Below are positions 47,561-57,172 of a stretch of DNA of 64,000 nt, piece after piece. This stretch comes from a virus, in IMG/VR virus record IMGVR_UViG_3300034096_001618, positions 1 through 64,000 of that record. One strand, 5' to 3'. A model generated the notes under the pieces. It saw only the letters and a program-made list of their open reading frames with translations, had not been told where the DNA came from and searched no databases. How positions within the stretch are numbered: position 1 is the first letter of the stretch; the number at the start of each line of letters is the position of its first letter. The position numbers and the translations under genes were made by a program.

Positions 47561-48547
47561 ATGAATCCAGACGCAGGAAATCATCAACAAAGACCACTAG
47601 ATCAATGCAATGACGTTGGTGGTTTGCCTGATCCAAACCTTGATCAATCGCCTCCATATTGCGAACCAGATTATAGCAGCAATTTGAGAAAAATCAATGA
47701 TGACAGCATGAATTGGCTGAAAGACCAATCCATGAAAAAAACAGGTTTTGGTGCAAAATCTGATGGCGATCCTATGCAGCGTGGTAAAATTCTGAATGAT
47801 CCTGACAATCCCGACAAAACAATTTTGTATCGATATTCAAAATCTTTGCGTGGCAACGATGAAGCCATGCTTGATATGTTTAGAAACGTGGTTGTAATTG
47901 ATGAAGATGGTAAAGCTTGGCCGATTCCAATTATGCTTGGCCCTCCAGAAAAAGCTGTTGCTGCCATGATTCAAGAAAATGTTCGCAAAGATGAAACATT
48001 GGTTGTTAATAGATTACGCCTTCCAATGATGGCGCTTACACAATCAGGCATTGAGTATGATTTAAATCGTTACACATATCACAAGGCATTGAATTTATTT
48101 AGAAACGAGCTAGGAAAACCCAGCATAACAATTAGCGAAAAGTATAACAAAGACACAATTCTTGGTTTTGCTAGAGGCATACCAGTGAACATGACTTATA
48201 CATTGACTGCTTGGACAATGTACAGAGAAGATATGAATCAAATAATAGAGCAAATAATGACAAAATTTAGTCAAGTTGCATACATAACAGTGACTGGTGT
48301 ACAGTGGGAAGTAATTGTTAAGTTGGACTCAATTGCAAATAATTTAAATAATGAGCCGGGAGATCAGCAAATTAGAGTAATTAAATACGAATTTAATATG
48401 ACGGCGCAAACATATATACCGCAGCCAATTGAAAGAAAGAAGGCCGTCCTCAAAATGAAGATTGACTTTGTTGATGGTCTAAAAGAAGAAGAAATAACAG
48501 AAGTTTTGATGAGAATTGAACAGTCAGTAAAGGAACTAGAATGCTAG
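47561..48547 (+). CDS. tail terminator/sheath stabiliser (T4 gp15-like)
   Basis: PI..G..EK, RLP.MAL, PVN.TYTL..WT.Y.EDMNQI.EQI; upstream of the sheath. Confidence 0.8.
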   Translation: MNPDAGNHQQRPLDQCNDVGGLPDPNLDQSPPYCEPDYSSNLRKINDDSMNWLKDQSMKKTGFGAKSDGDPMQRGKILNDPDNPDKTILYRYSKSLRGNDEAMLDMFRNVVVIDEDGKAWPIPIMLGPPEKAVAAMIQENVRKDETLVVNRLRLPMMALTQSGIEYDLNRYTYHKALNLFRNELGKPSITISEKYNKDTILGFARGIPVNMTYTLTAWTMYREDMNQIIEQIMTKFSQVAYITVTGVQWEVIVKLDSIANNLNNEPGDQQIRVIKYEFNMTAQTYIPQPIERKKAVLKMKIDFVDGLKEEEITEVLMRIEQSVKELEC

Positions 48548-48762
48548 AAATAACGAATAGAAAAAGACACCCAGTGCAATTGATCATTAGGTCTAGGAGA
48601 GCCACTAAGTCTTTCACAACTTTGAATCTACCGGGAGTTGGTAAAGGAAAAAATATTTTAGTTTTGGAAGATGAAAGATCAACACCATATATAGATAGAG
48701 CAGAAAAAGATGGATTAATTTCCATAAGGCAAATAACAAACAAGTTACGAAAGGGAGAATAA
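48541..48762 (+). CDS. small basic protein preceding the sheath
   Basis: Overlap-coupled between the gp15-like gene and the sheath. Confidence 0.7.
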   Translation: MLEITNRKRHPVQLIIRSRRATKSFTTLNLPGVGKGKNILVLEDERSTPYIDRAEKDGLISIRQITNKLRKGE

Positions 48763-48766
48763 GACT

Positions 48767-51151
48767 ATGGCGATTCTTAAAGGTTTTCCACCATCTAATA
48801 CAATCAGCCCAAGTGTTAGAATTGCTGAAAAAGACTTGAGCTTCATCGCACCTGAACAGTCAACGCATACAGCAGGATTGGTTGGATTTGCCTCTAAAGG
48901 CCCAATCAATCTTCCTATTGCGATTGCTACTTCACGTCAGTTGCACACTATTTTCGGAAATCCACATCCAGATGTAGGTGATCCTTTCCTCATTTATGCA
49001 GCCGATCAGTATCTTCTTGTAGCTAACACTCTTTATGTAGTGCGTGTTGCAGATACCGATCCAGTAAGTGATGAGCAGGCATTGACCGCTAGCGTTGATG
49101 TTCCAGCAGCAGGTACAATAATTGAAATTCAGTCAGCGACTGCTGGCCCTTACACTTTTGACGAAGACTCATTCTTCCGTTGGAAGCTTAACGGCGAACT
49201 TTCAACTAAGACATTGGTTGTTCTTGCTGACACTTACACAACTGAGGAACTTGAAACGGCTTTGAATGATCAGTTGGATTTTCAGAATGATGGTATCGAA
49301 TTTTATACTTACACTGATTCACCCGATGATTTCATTGGAGTTAAAACCGTTTGGGCCTATGGATCTAGTTCCAGCCTTGAACTGGTTTCAATTCAAAATG
49401 CAATTTACGGTGGCGAGGTTGACGATAGTTCCGATCTGACAGATGGTGACATTCGTAACAACCCTACTGGTCTTGGCACAGGCATGACCCGTGCTATAGT
49501 AACAGGTGTTAATGATCGTTGGCCAACCAATGGTTATCAGACTGTTGGAAACTATGATTTTGCAGGTTTAGTTGATCAGTTTATTGAAATTGTTGTTGAC
49601 GGAACTGATAATGTTTTGATTGATCAAGTTGTTCAGACCATTACATTCGTGGATGGAGCTTCATACACAAGCATCGGCGATGTTGTGACTGATATTAATG
49701 ATCAGAAGACTGAAAACGGCGGAACTCTTCCCGGTGGTTGGACAGCAATTGCGCTAGGAAATCAACTTCGCTTTGTGACTAATCATCACGGTGAAGATGC
49801 TCGTCTTCGCATTAAGCCTACTAGCACCGAAGTTTTTGGCCTTACAACTCTTACCGTAACTGGCACAAGTCCTGAAGGCGTAAGTGGCGCAATTGACATT
49901 GAAACTTTTGGTTTGGTTGTTGGCGGCGCTAATACTCTTGAAGACGTATCTTTCACTATTAATGCTGATTCACCCGGTATTGATGGAAACTACACTGAAG
50001 TAAGAGTAACAAACGACATTTATACTAAGTTCTTTGATGTAGAAGTATTTACAAATGGCGTTCAGGTAGAATCTTGGGGTAATCTGACAAAAGACGCAGC
50101 AAGTCGTTTCTATGTTGAAACATATCTTGCCCTTGTTTCTGATTACATTAGAGTTACCGACAATACTTCTATTTTAGCAGGCCCTGCAAATGGGACTTAT
50201 GAATTAGCAGATGGCACTGACGGTATTCCCTCAGATCCTGACCAGCAAGATGTTCTTTTGATGGGTAGCCCTCTTGGCTACACAGGCATTTATACTCTCA
50301 GTGAACCTGAACAAGTAAACATCGATCTTATCGCAGTTCCCGGGCACAGCAGTACTGCTGTTGTTCAAGAACTACTAATGTTTTGTCGTGATTATCGTCA
50401 AGACTGCCTTGCAATTATTGATGCTCCATTCGGTTTAACCGTTAAGGAAGTTGTTGCATGGCAGAACGGTACTCATCCACTTAACAATACTAGATTTGAT
50501 AGCGATTTCGGAGCATTGTACTGGCCTTGGGTTAAGCTATATGATGCTTATAACAAGGTAGACGTATGGTGTCCACCAAGCGGATCAGTTATGGCAGTCA
50601 TTGCAAGAAGCGATTTTCTTTCTGCTCCTTGGTTTGCTCCAGCAGGTCTTAATCGTGGTGTTGTTCCAAACATAACAGATGTATACATTCGTCCAACTTT
50701 GGAAGAACGTGATACAATGTATGGCAACCGAAACTGCGTAAATCCAATTATTCAATTCGCTGATGTTCAGGGATTTGTGGTATTTGGACAAAAAACACTC
50801 CAGCGCACTCCAACCGCTCTTGACCGTGTTAATGTTCGCCGTCTGATGTTTTACATCGAGAAGGCAATTCGCTCTGCTAGCCGTGGTCTGTTGTTCGATC
50901 CTAATGATGAAACTTTCAGAAGGCAATTCATCACCTTATCAGAAAACATTCTGCGTCAAGTACAAGTTGGGCGTGGTCTTACTGCATTCATTATTAAAGC
51001 TGATGAAGAACTTAATACGCCAGATGTAATTGACCGCAATGAATTCCGTGCTAGAATTGGCGTTCAACCAACTCGTGCTGCTGAGTTCATGTTTATTGAA
51101 TTCTCTATTCACCGTACTGGCAGCTTCCAGCAAGGTGCTGAAACATTCTAA
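48767..51151 (+). CDS. contractile tail sheath protein (T4 gp18-like)
   Basis: SP.V...E.DLS, G.A.KGP, YWPW, PPSG, WFAPAGLNRG, NPI, FGQKTL, RVNVRRL. Confidence 0.97.
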   Translation: MAILKGFPPSNTISPSVRIAEKDLSFIAPEQSTHTAGLVGFASKGPINLPIAIATSRQLHTIFGNPHPDVGDPFLIYAADQYLLVANTLYVVRVADTDPVSDEQALTASVDVPAAGTIIEIQSATAGPYTFDEDSFFRWKLNGELSTKTLVVLADTYTTEELETALNDQLDFQNDGIEFYTYTDSPDDFIGVKTVWAYGSSSSLELVSIQNAIYGGEVDDSSDLTDGDIRNNPTGLGTGMTRAIVTGVNDRWPTNGYQTVGNYDFAGLVDQFIEIVVDGTDNVLIDQVVQTITFVDGASYTSIGDVVTDINDQKTENGGTLPGGWTAIALGNQLRFVTNHHGEDARLRIKPTSTEVFGLTTLTVTGTSPEGVSGAIDIETFGLVVGGANTLEDVSFTINADSPGIDGNYTEVRVTNDIYTKFFDVEVFTNGVQVESWGNLTKDAASRFYVETYLALVSDYIRVTDNTSILAGPANGTYELADGTDGIPSDPDQQDVLLMGSPLGYTGIYTLSEPEQVNIDLIAVPGHSSTAVVQELLMFCRDYRQDCLAIIDAPFGLTVKEVVAWQNGTHPLNNTRFDSDFGALYWPWVKLYDAYNKVDVWCPPSGSVMAVIARSDFLSAPWFAPAGLNRGVVPNITDVYIRPTLEERDTMYGNRNCVNPIIQFADVQGFVVFGQKTLQRTPTALDRVNVRRLMFYIEKAIRSASRGLLFDPNDETFRRQFITLSENILRQVQVGRGLTAFIIKADEELNTPDVIDRNEFRARIGVQPTRAAEFMFIEFSIHRTGSFQQGAETF

Positions 51152-51184
51152 AAATTAAAAGGAACCATATAAAAGGAGAAAACA

Positions 51185-51778
51185 ATGGCAATAGTAGGTG
51201 GTAATATGGGCTTGAGTACTCTCGGTGGATCATCCATCGTGTTCAAGCGCAAGTATAGATGGACGTTTGATGTGACTTGGAACAAACAGCAAATTCCAAG
51301 CGCATTTGTTAAGGTGGCAAACCGTCCAAGTTTAACAATTGAAGAAACTGAAATTAACTATCTACACGGAAAAATGTGGATTCCCGGTAAAGGTAGTTGG
51401 GAAACACTAAGTGTAACCTATTACGATATCGGTGGTGCTGGCGCTGCTGGTATGAAGGGTCTATGGGACTGGTTAGCTTCAGTTTACAACTTTACTGATC
51501 CGAACAGTCTTTCGCAGACTTCTCGTAGAGGTAATGATGGAAATGAGGCTGGTTGGGCAGCAGTTGGACTTCTTACCATGTATGATGGTACAGGCGCAAC
51601 TATGGAAACTTGGAAGCTTAAAAATCTTTGGCCAAGTGCTATCAACTTTGGCGATTTGGATTACGGCAACTCTGAAGAAGCCACTCTTGAATTAACCTTA
51701 AGGTTTAGCGAAGCTGAATACACGCCCTCTTGCGGTATCGGTGCTCCACAAGCAAGCAAACTTGGTTGCAACGCATAA
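51185..51778 (+). CDS. tail tube protein (T4 gp19-like)
   Basis: KRKYRW, RP.L..EE, GK..W..L.VT.YD, E.W.L...WP..I.FGDLDY. Confidence 0.9.
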   Translation: MAIVGGNMGLSTLGGSSIVFKRKYRWTFDVTWNKQQIPSAFVKVANRPSLTIEETEINYLHGKMWIPGKGSWETLSVTYYDIGGAGAAGMKGLWDWLASVYNFTDPNSLSQTSRRGNDGNEAGWAAVGLLTMYDGTGATMETWKLKNLWPSAINFGDLDYGNSEEATLELTLRFSEAEYTPSCGIGAPQASKLGCNA

Positions 51779-51802
51779 TATTAAAATTAAAATTTCAATT
51801 TT

Positions 51803-51833
51803 TGGCCTCGTATATAAAATACGAGGCTTTTTT
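51803..51833 (+). terminator. terminator with embedded TATATA
   Basis: gcctcgtat/atacgaggc plus T-tract. Confidence 0.8.
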
Positions 51834-51849
51834 ATTATCGAGGTTATAA

Positions 51850-52353
51850 ATGGCGCAGCAAATGGGATGGGGTGATAGTTTTGGTTTAGTGGATGGTTGC
51901 TTCAAAAGAAAAAATCGTTGGCTTTTAACGATTCCAGATATAAGCGCAGAGGGAATTAATTCTTTGCCTCCATCGAAAGCATCCAGACCTTCGCTTTCAT
52001 TCAAAGAACTAAGTTTGGAACATTTAAATGAAACAATTTATTTCCCCGGAAAACCAGAATGGAAGCCAATAACATTAACATTATATGACATGGCTAAACC
52101 AACTCACAAAATTTGGGAGTGGATTTATTCATATTATGATTTAGAAAATGATAAATTTAAATTTTCAGTTGGATTTAAAAAACCTGAAGCTCGGTTGACT
52201 TTATATGATGGTACTGGCTTAGAGCTTGAAACATGGTACATGAAGAATGTTTGGTGCCAAGACATTCAATTTGGCGACCTAGACATGGGAGATTCTGGTA
52301 TTGTAACAGTAGATTTAACTTTAAGATATGATAGAGCATATTTTTCATTTTAA
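51850..52353 (+). CDS. second tail tube-like protein
   Basis: KRKNRW, RPS, GK.EW.PITLTLYD, FGDLD, LTLRYD.A. Confidence 0.88.
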   Translation: MAQQMGWGDSFGLVDGCFKRKNRWLLTIPDISAEGINSLPPSKASRPSLSFKELSLEHLNETIYFPGKPEWKPITLTLYDMAKPTHKIWEWIYSYYDLENDKFKFSVGFKKPEARLTLYDGTGLELETWYMKNVWCQDIQFGDLDMGDSGIVTVDLTLRYDRAYFSF

Positions 52354-52404
52354 GAATTTCTGCTGGCATATTAGATGCTTGAATCAACCGTTACGGAATT
52401 AGAT

Positions 52405-52656
52405 TCACTCTGAATCTTCGACCTTTAATTCCTTTTTTAAAAGTTCTTGACAAGCTATAATTGCATCTTCAAGTTCTTTTGGCTTGCACTTCATTACACG
52501 GCAAGCGCCGCTTTTATTTAAGCGGCCTTTTTTTGTATAAACTTTTGTATCATTTAACAAAAAAGCATCAACCAGTCTAGAGTATCCGCTGTCAATCAAT
52601 TTTTGAATTAATTCTTGGTTTTCAATATTATCAAAAAGATTTGTTTGTTTTGTCAT
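52405..52656 (-). CDS. small HTH-like protein downstream of the late sigma
   Basis: VYTKKGRLNKSGACRVM. Confidence 0.65.
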   Translation of the reverse strand: MTKQTNLFDNIENQELIQKLIDSGYSRLVDAFLLNDTKVYTKKGRLNKSGACRVMKCKPKELEDAIIACQELLKKELKVEDSE

Positions 52657-52734
52657 TTTACCAACTTTTATAAAATTAACCTAGCAATTTATTCGACAAG
52701 GCTGTTTTAATTATAATAAATAATAAACATAATA

Positions 52735-53280
52735 TCAAGTATCGCTAACTATATTATGCCTCCTGTATAAACTTTTTGTTTTTAAAGCAGGAATTTTTTG
52801 ATCAAGTTGAATTTGGATGAAATCAAGATATTTTCTTTTTAATTCATTATAATTTCTAGCTGTTCGATAAAGTTGTCGAAAATGATTTAATATACATGTT
52901 GTCATATAATTAAAAGCTTTGCCTTTTTTTGGATCAAAGCGATCAATTTTTTCAAAACATATCATTACGCCTTCTTGAACTGCATCATCTTGATCAATCA
53001 AATTAAATTTAGCGTATCTAACTATATTTTCAGAAAGAGTATAGAAGGCTATTGCCAATTCGTCTTGTGATTCTTGAAATTGAGAAGATATAATCTTAAA
53101 TTCTTTTTCAGTAACAAGCCAAGATTCGGGTTTTTTAAATTGTCCACGCTTTAATACTCTTGCTTGTGTTTCAATAATATCATCCATGAATAATTGGTAT
53201 TTGATTTTTTCTTTTTTGGTTTGCTGGAATTGGACGATCAATGTTTCAAATGTTTTGTTATTAAGATATTCAGTTGCCAT
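52735..53280 (-). CDS. late-transcription sigma factor (T4 gp55-like, region 2 only)
   Basis: YLNNK; D..QEG...C......FDP.KG.AFNY.T....N.F. Confidence 0.85.
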   Translation of the reverse strand: MATEYLNNKTFETLIVQFQQTKKEKIKYQLFMDDIIETQARVLKRGQFKKPESWLVTEKEFKIISSQFQESQDELAIAFYTLSENIVRYAKFNLIDQDDAVQEGVMICFEKIDRFDPKKGKAFNYMTTCILNHFRQLYRTARNYNELKRKYLDFIQIQLDQKIPALKTKSLYRRHNIVSDT

Positions 53281-53310
53281 CGATCTCCTTTTGCGTGCAT
53301 ATAATTAAAT

Positions 53311-53502
53311 ATGGAAATATTACAAATTTTCGGTGCATTAATTGATAAGCCAGATGTTCCTAGGTTCTATCGTGAACTACAACATTACTATCAAAAAAAC
53401 AATATGTTGCACGAAGCATCATCAGTTAGTTTTTTAATAGAGAATAAATTTGGTAAAAATAATGAAAACCCCATTGACAATTCAACTTATAGTGAAGAAT
53501 AA
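53311..53502 (+). CDS. small hypothetical protein
   Basis: TATAAT 5 nt upstream of ATG. Confidence 0.6.
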   Translation: MEILQIFGALIDKPDVPRFYRELQHYYQKNNMLHEASSVSFLIENKFGKNNENPIDNSTYSEE

Positions 53503-54424
53503 CGAAGAAACAATTGATTTTTTTCTAGAATCAATTGCCCCATTGGGATGTAATATAATTGCAGCAGATCTTGGTTGCAAAGATGGAACTATTAAAAAAT
53601 TAGAAAATAAGAATGCGACCATAATAAAAACATTAAATTACGAAGATATGTCTAAGGTTAGGAATAAATTAATTCTTGAAATAAATTCTGAATGGATTTT
53701 GCATCTTGAGCCATATGAAACACTGATTTCTGATTCAAAAATAATTAAAGAAGCTATAAAGGGACCACCATCTTCGTTTAATTTTGGCGTATTACAAGGT
53801 GATATGCTTACCAGACAAACACGATTGTGGCATAAGTCTCTTAATTTATCTTATGTAAATCCAATATATGAAACAATTGAAAGAAAATCAAATTTTATGA
53901 ATTTTTTCATAAATGTCAATAAATTTCAACCTCAAGTTGATGTTAAATCAATAGCAAAAAATTGGCATGATAAAAATCCATTACTTGCAGATGCAACGTA
54001 TTATGTTGCCTGTAATGAGCTTATATCTAAAAATTGGGATGCCTTTATAAATTTTGCTGATCTTTATTTACATCAACAGAAAAAGCAAACAATGTCTTAT
54101 TTTATGATTCAATATTACATGGCTATGGTTCAATGTTATATAAAGAAAAATTATCAAATTGCGCTGCAAAGAATTAGCATGTGTGTTTTAAAAAATCCAA
54201 CTTTAGCTGAATTTTGGTGTTTGTTGGGTGATATTTTTTATGCAATAAAGCAATATGATAAATCATATTGCTTTTATGAAAACGCCAAAATCATAGGATC
54301 TAGAAGATTACAAGAATGTGATTGGCCTATGGAGATTTCAAAATATCATGATTATCCAACTAAAATGATGGAATCATGCAGAAAAATTTTAAATAATACC
54401 CAGACTTATTTAAGCAATCAATAA
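53462..54424 (+). CDS. GT2-like glycosyltransferase with TPRs, DxD degenerate
   Basis: IVKN.E..I...L.S, D.G..DGT, RN; LEPYE in place of LDADE; TPR C-terminus. Confidence 0.72.
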   Translation: MKTPLTIQLIVKNNEETIDFFLESIAPLGCNIIAADLGCKDGTIKKLENKNATIIKTLNYEDMSKVRNKLILEINSEWILHLEPYETLISDSKIIKEAIKGPPSSFNFGVLQGDMLTRQTRLWHKSLNLSYVNPIYETIERKSNFMNFFINVNKFQPQVDVKSIAKNWHDKNPLLADATYYVACNELISKNWDAFINFADLYLHQQKKQTMSYFMIQYYMAMVQCYIKKNYQIALQRISMCVLKNPTLAEFWCLLGDIFYAIKQYDKSYCFYENAKIIGSRRLQECDWPMEISKYHDYPTKMMESCRKILNNTQTYLSNQ

Positions 54425-54801
54425 ATAATATCAAGCTCATTAACAACAACAGTAACCATATTTTCATATCGTGCAACTGCAATTTGTTTTCTTCCGCTTG
54501 GCAATTTCATCAGTTCTTTTTCTAAGTCTTCTGCCTTGCAATTTATTACACGCCAATGGTTTTCAGCTAATTTTTTGACTTCTTCATCAAGATTTGTAAT
54601 TATGCGATTTGGAAAATATTCTTGCAATTGTTTTCTTGCATCGGTCATAATTTTTTTGTAAAGAGGAATATTGCAGGCGCAACCCGGGTTATTGAGATAT
54701 TTTTGCAAGTCTTCTCGAAAACCAATAGGCAAGCTTTCATGAAACCGACTATCTCTAAGGGCTTGTTTAACATCCATCAATCCTATAGGTCTACTCATCA
54801 T
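54418..54801 (-). CDS. hypothetical protein
   Basis: NPGCACN; part of an overlap-coupled operon. Confidence 0.7.
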   Translation of the reverse strand: MMSRPIGLMDVKQALRDSRFHESLPIGFREDLQKYLNNPGCACNIPLYKKIMTDARKQLQEYFPNRIITNLDEEVKKLAENHWRVINCKAEDLEKELMKLPSGRKQIAVARYENMVTVVVNELDIIY

Positions 54802-55060
54802 CTTCCTCCTGAATTTCTTCTGGTTTGTTATATTTAAAGGCTTTTACAGTAAATCCACATTTAGGACACCTAAAAACTTTAGTTCTTTTTTTATCAGGAA
54901 ATTTTATTGTTTTCTTTTTAATTATATCTAATTTTGGTATATTTCTGGGTATATCGCTAAGATTCAATGGCAACATATCTTCAATATCATTGCCATTTGA
55001 AAATCGCTTGAAATTGCATTTATTGCAATGTAAAACATAAATTATTTTTTCATCATCCAT
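54791..55060 (-). CDS. zinc-ribbon protein
   Basis: CNKC...CPKCG. Confidence 0.7.
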   Translation of the reverse strand: MDDEKIIYVLHCNKCNFKRFSNGNDIEDMLPLNLSDIPRNIPKLDIIKKKTIKFPDKKRTKVFRCPKCGFTVKAFKYNKPEEIQEEDDE

Positions 55061-55388
55061 TGTCATCTTCCGTTGGCAAATTGACAATGGTGGCTGATTC
55101 AATCCAATTTAAAAACACTGCTGCTAAGTTAGATAAAAAACCTCCTGCACAACCACAAGCGAAAATTTCCCAAAAATTTTGTGAAATCCACACCCATCCC
55201 ATGAAAAAACCACACCAAGTTCCGCAACAAAGGTAGCAATCAACAATGCCTCCAAGTTTAGGGACATTGATTTTTTCCGCTAAATTTTTGACTAATGTTC
55301 TGAACCAAGCAAGTATTGAGCCATCAACAATAATATGACTCATACCAATAGTGCCGACTACAAAAAGAAACAGGCTAGCAATATTCAT
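55053..55388 (-). CDS. DUF1360-like membrane protein
   Basis: I....I...FR, C..C.G.W.G and TM helices. Confidence 0.7.
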   Translation of the reverse strand: MNIASLFLFVVGTIGMSHIIVDGSILAWFRTLVKNLAEKINVPKLGGIVDCYLCCGTWCGFFMGWVWISQNFWEIFACGCAGGFLSNLAAVFLNWIESATIVNLPTEDDNG

Positions 55389-55398
55389 GTTAAATTCC

Positions 55399-55758
55399 TT
55401 ATCGCCAAAAGGTTGCTGATAATCCATCTTTATTACAAGTCAAACAAAATTCCATAAATTCTGTATATTTACAGAGCTTATCATGTTCATCTGTTGTAAA
55501 ATTATAATGTTCAACGATTCTATTATTCAATCGTTCTATAGTTACAGGTTGATTGAAATATATACTTAATTTTTCTAAATGACTTGTTTCCAAATTATTC
55601 AAAACTTCAAACAAACTTTTTTGTCCTAAAGGCCTTAGCCCGGGAACCATTTGTGACAAACGCCAAGAATCAAATTGTTGTCTAAATTCAGGCAATAATT
55701 CCTGAACTTTCTTATCAAGAAAAAAATGTTCTTCAATATTTTGGAAATTTATTTTCAT
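55399..55758 (-). CDS. hypothetical protein
   Basis: First gene of a minus-strand operon. Confidence 0.65.
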   Translation of the reverse strand: MKINFQNIEEHFFLDKKVQELLPEFRQQFDSWRLSQMVPGLRPLGQKSLFEVLNNLETSHLEKLSIYFNQPVTIERLNNRIVEHYNFTTDEHDKLCKYTEFMEFCLTCNKDGLSATFWR

Positions 55759-55838
55759 TATACTATGACAAATTTAAGTTTATATTAACTCTATTGTTTT
55801 GGCTAACAAATCATAAAGAGTAATAATAGGAGAAAAAA

Positions 55839-56984
55839 ATGTCAGACGAGACTTTTCGCCCAAGAAGACCAAATCAAACAGGCGAATCTAATACAACAAA
55901 TCAGGAGAATATTCCATTGAGCAATCCACTAGATTCAGTCAATCAGGTACGTCAACAGGTCAATGAAGGCAATAATCCTAATGATATGCCGGGTGGAGGC
56001 GCATTCAACATTCAAGGTAATGTTCCACCAGCATTTGCTGCTGCTATTCAGGCAGCAAAAAGTGGTCAGCAACCACAGAGCCAGCCACAGAGCCAGCCAA
56101 AACGGGGCCTTAACATGAGTGCTGGTGGCGAATCAACTGCCTATCAGCAGGCTCCTGCTAGTTCTTTGTCAAACGCTTCTGCCAGTGGACACCTTAAGGA
56201 ACTTCTTGAAGGTCTTCGTGGATCGACCACTATTTATGAAGAGCTTCAACTTCCATCAAAGGGAAGGTTCTATAATGGCGAAGATGGACCTATCAATGGC
56301 GTTGTTTCAATTCGACCAATGACTGGTGAAGAAGAACAAATTCTTGCCACTCCAAGATTTGTTAAGAAGGGTCAAGCGATCAACATGATTTTCCAAAAGT
56401 GCCTTAAGGAAGGCTTCCGTGCTGAAAATCTTTTGACAATTGACAGAACTTATCTTCTAATTTATCTTCGTGGTATTTCATACGGTCCAAATTATGACGT
56501 TGAAATCAAGTGTCCAGAATGCGAAACTAAGTTCAGCACAAGCATTGATCTTAACAGTCTATATGTTGAATATACTCCTGATGAATATGGACCAATTCTT
56601 CAAGATGTTTTGCCAAACACAAAGTTGCCATTCAGTTATCGCCTATCAACAGGAAAAGATGAACAAGAAATTCAGGACCATCGTGATCGACGAATCAAGG
56701 CATTCGGAGATAATGGCACAGATGACAGCCTTACCTATCGCACTGCACAACTTTTGAACGACATCGATGGAATCGATAGCAAGACTGAACTTCAGATTCT
56801 CTTGAAAAATCTTCCAATCAATGATGTTTCATATATTCGCAACTGTATTAACGAACCTCCTTTCGGCGTTGACACAAATACAGAAATTGTTTGCCCAAGC
56901 TGTTTATCAGAATTCAGTCTCGATCTGCCTCTTGAAGCAAATTTTTTCTTCCCCAGACGGAAGAAGGCAAAGACGCAAGTCTAG
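55839..56984 (+). CDS. baseplate hub subunit / tail assembly chaperone (T4 gp26-like)
   Basis: LPS.G..Y, RPMT..EE.IL, DR..LL..LR..SYG, CPEC, CPSC, terminal FF. Confidence 0.85.
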   Translation: MSDETFRPRRPNQTGESNTTNQENIPLSNPLDSVNQVRQQVNEGNNPNDMPGGGAFNIQGNVPPAFAAAIQAAKSGQQPQSQPQSQPKRGLNMSAGGESTAYQQAPASSLSNASASGHLKELLEGLRGSTTIYEELQLPSKGRFYNGEDGPINGVVSIRPMTGEEEQILATPRFVKKGQAINMIFQKCLKEGFRAENLLTIDRTYLLIYLRGISYGPNYDVEIKCPECETKFSTSIDLNSLYVEYTPDEYGPILQDVLPNTKLPFSYRLSTGKDEQEIQDHRDRRIKAFGDNGTDDSLTYRTAQLLNDIDGIDSKTELQILLKNLPINDVSYIRNCINEPPFGVDTNTEIVCPSCLSEFSLDLPLEANFFFPRRKKAKTQV

Positions 56985-57166
56985 CAATCTGGGAAGGACT
57001 AGCAGAAGAGATTTTCTTCTTCCAATATCACATGCATCTAGATATGTCGGGATCAATGAGCTTGCCTATCAATCTTAGAAAATGGATGATCGAAAGATTT
57101 ATTCAGCAAAAGGAAAGCGAAAATAAAGCAATGGATGCACAACAACGCAAGGCAAGAAAAAGGTAG
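56939..57166 (+). CDS. -1 frameshift extension (T4 gp51-like segment)
   Basis: Slippery A AAT TTT TTC; the -1 frame opens just after TGA 56933 and reads ...EEIFFFQYHMH......SLPINLRKWMIERFIQQKE.E. Confidence 0.75.
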   Translation, partial: KFFLPQTEEGKDASLAIWEGLAEEIFFFQYHMHLDMSGSMSLPINLRKWMIERFIQQKESENKAMDAQQRKARKR

Positions 57167-57172
57167 ATATAA

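Noticed and set aside
56821-57078. ORF-track 85-aa ORF as the downstream chaperone gene
   Set aside because: It is in the +1 frame; the gp51-like sequence is in the -1 frame ending at 57166
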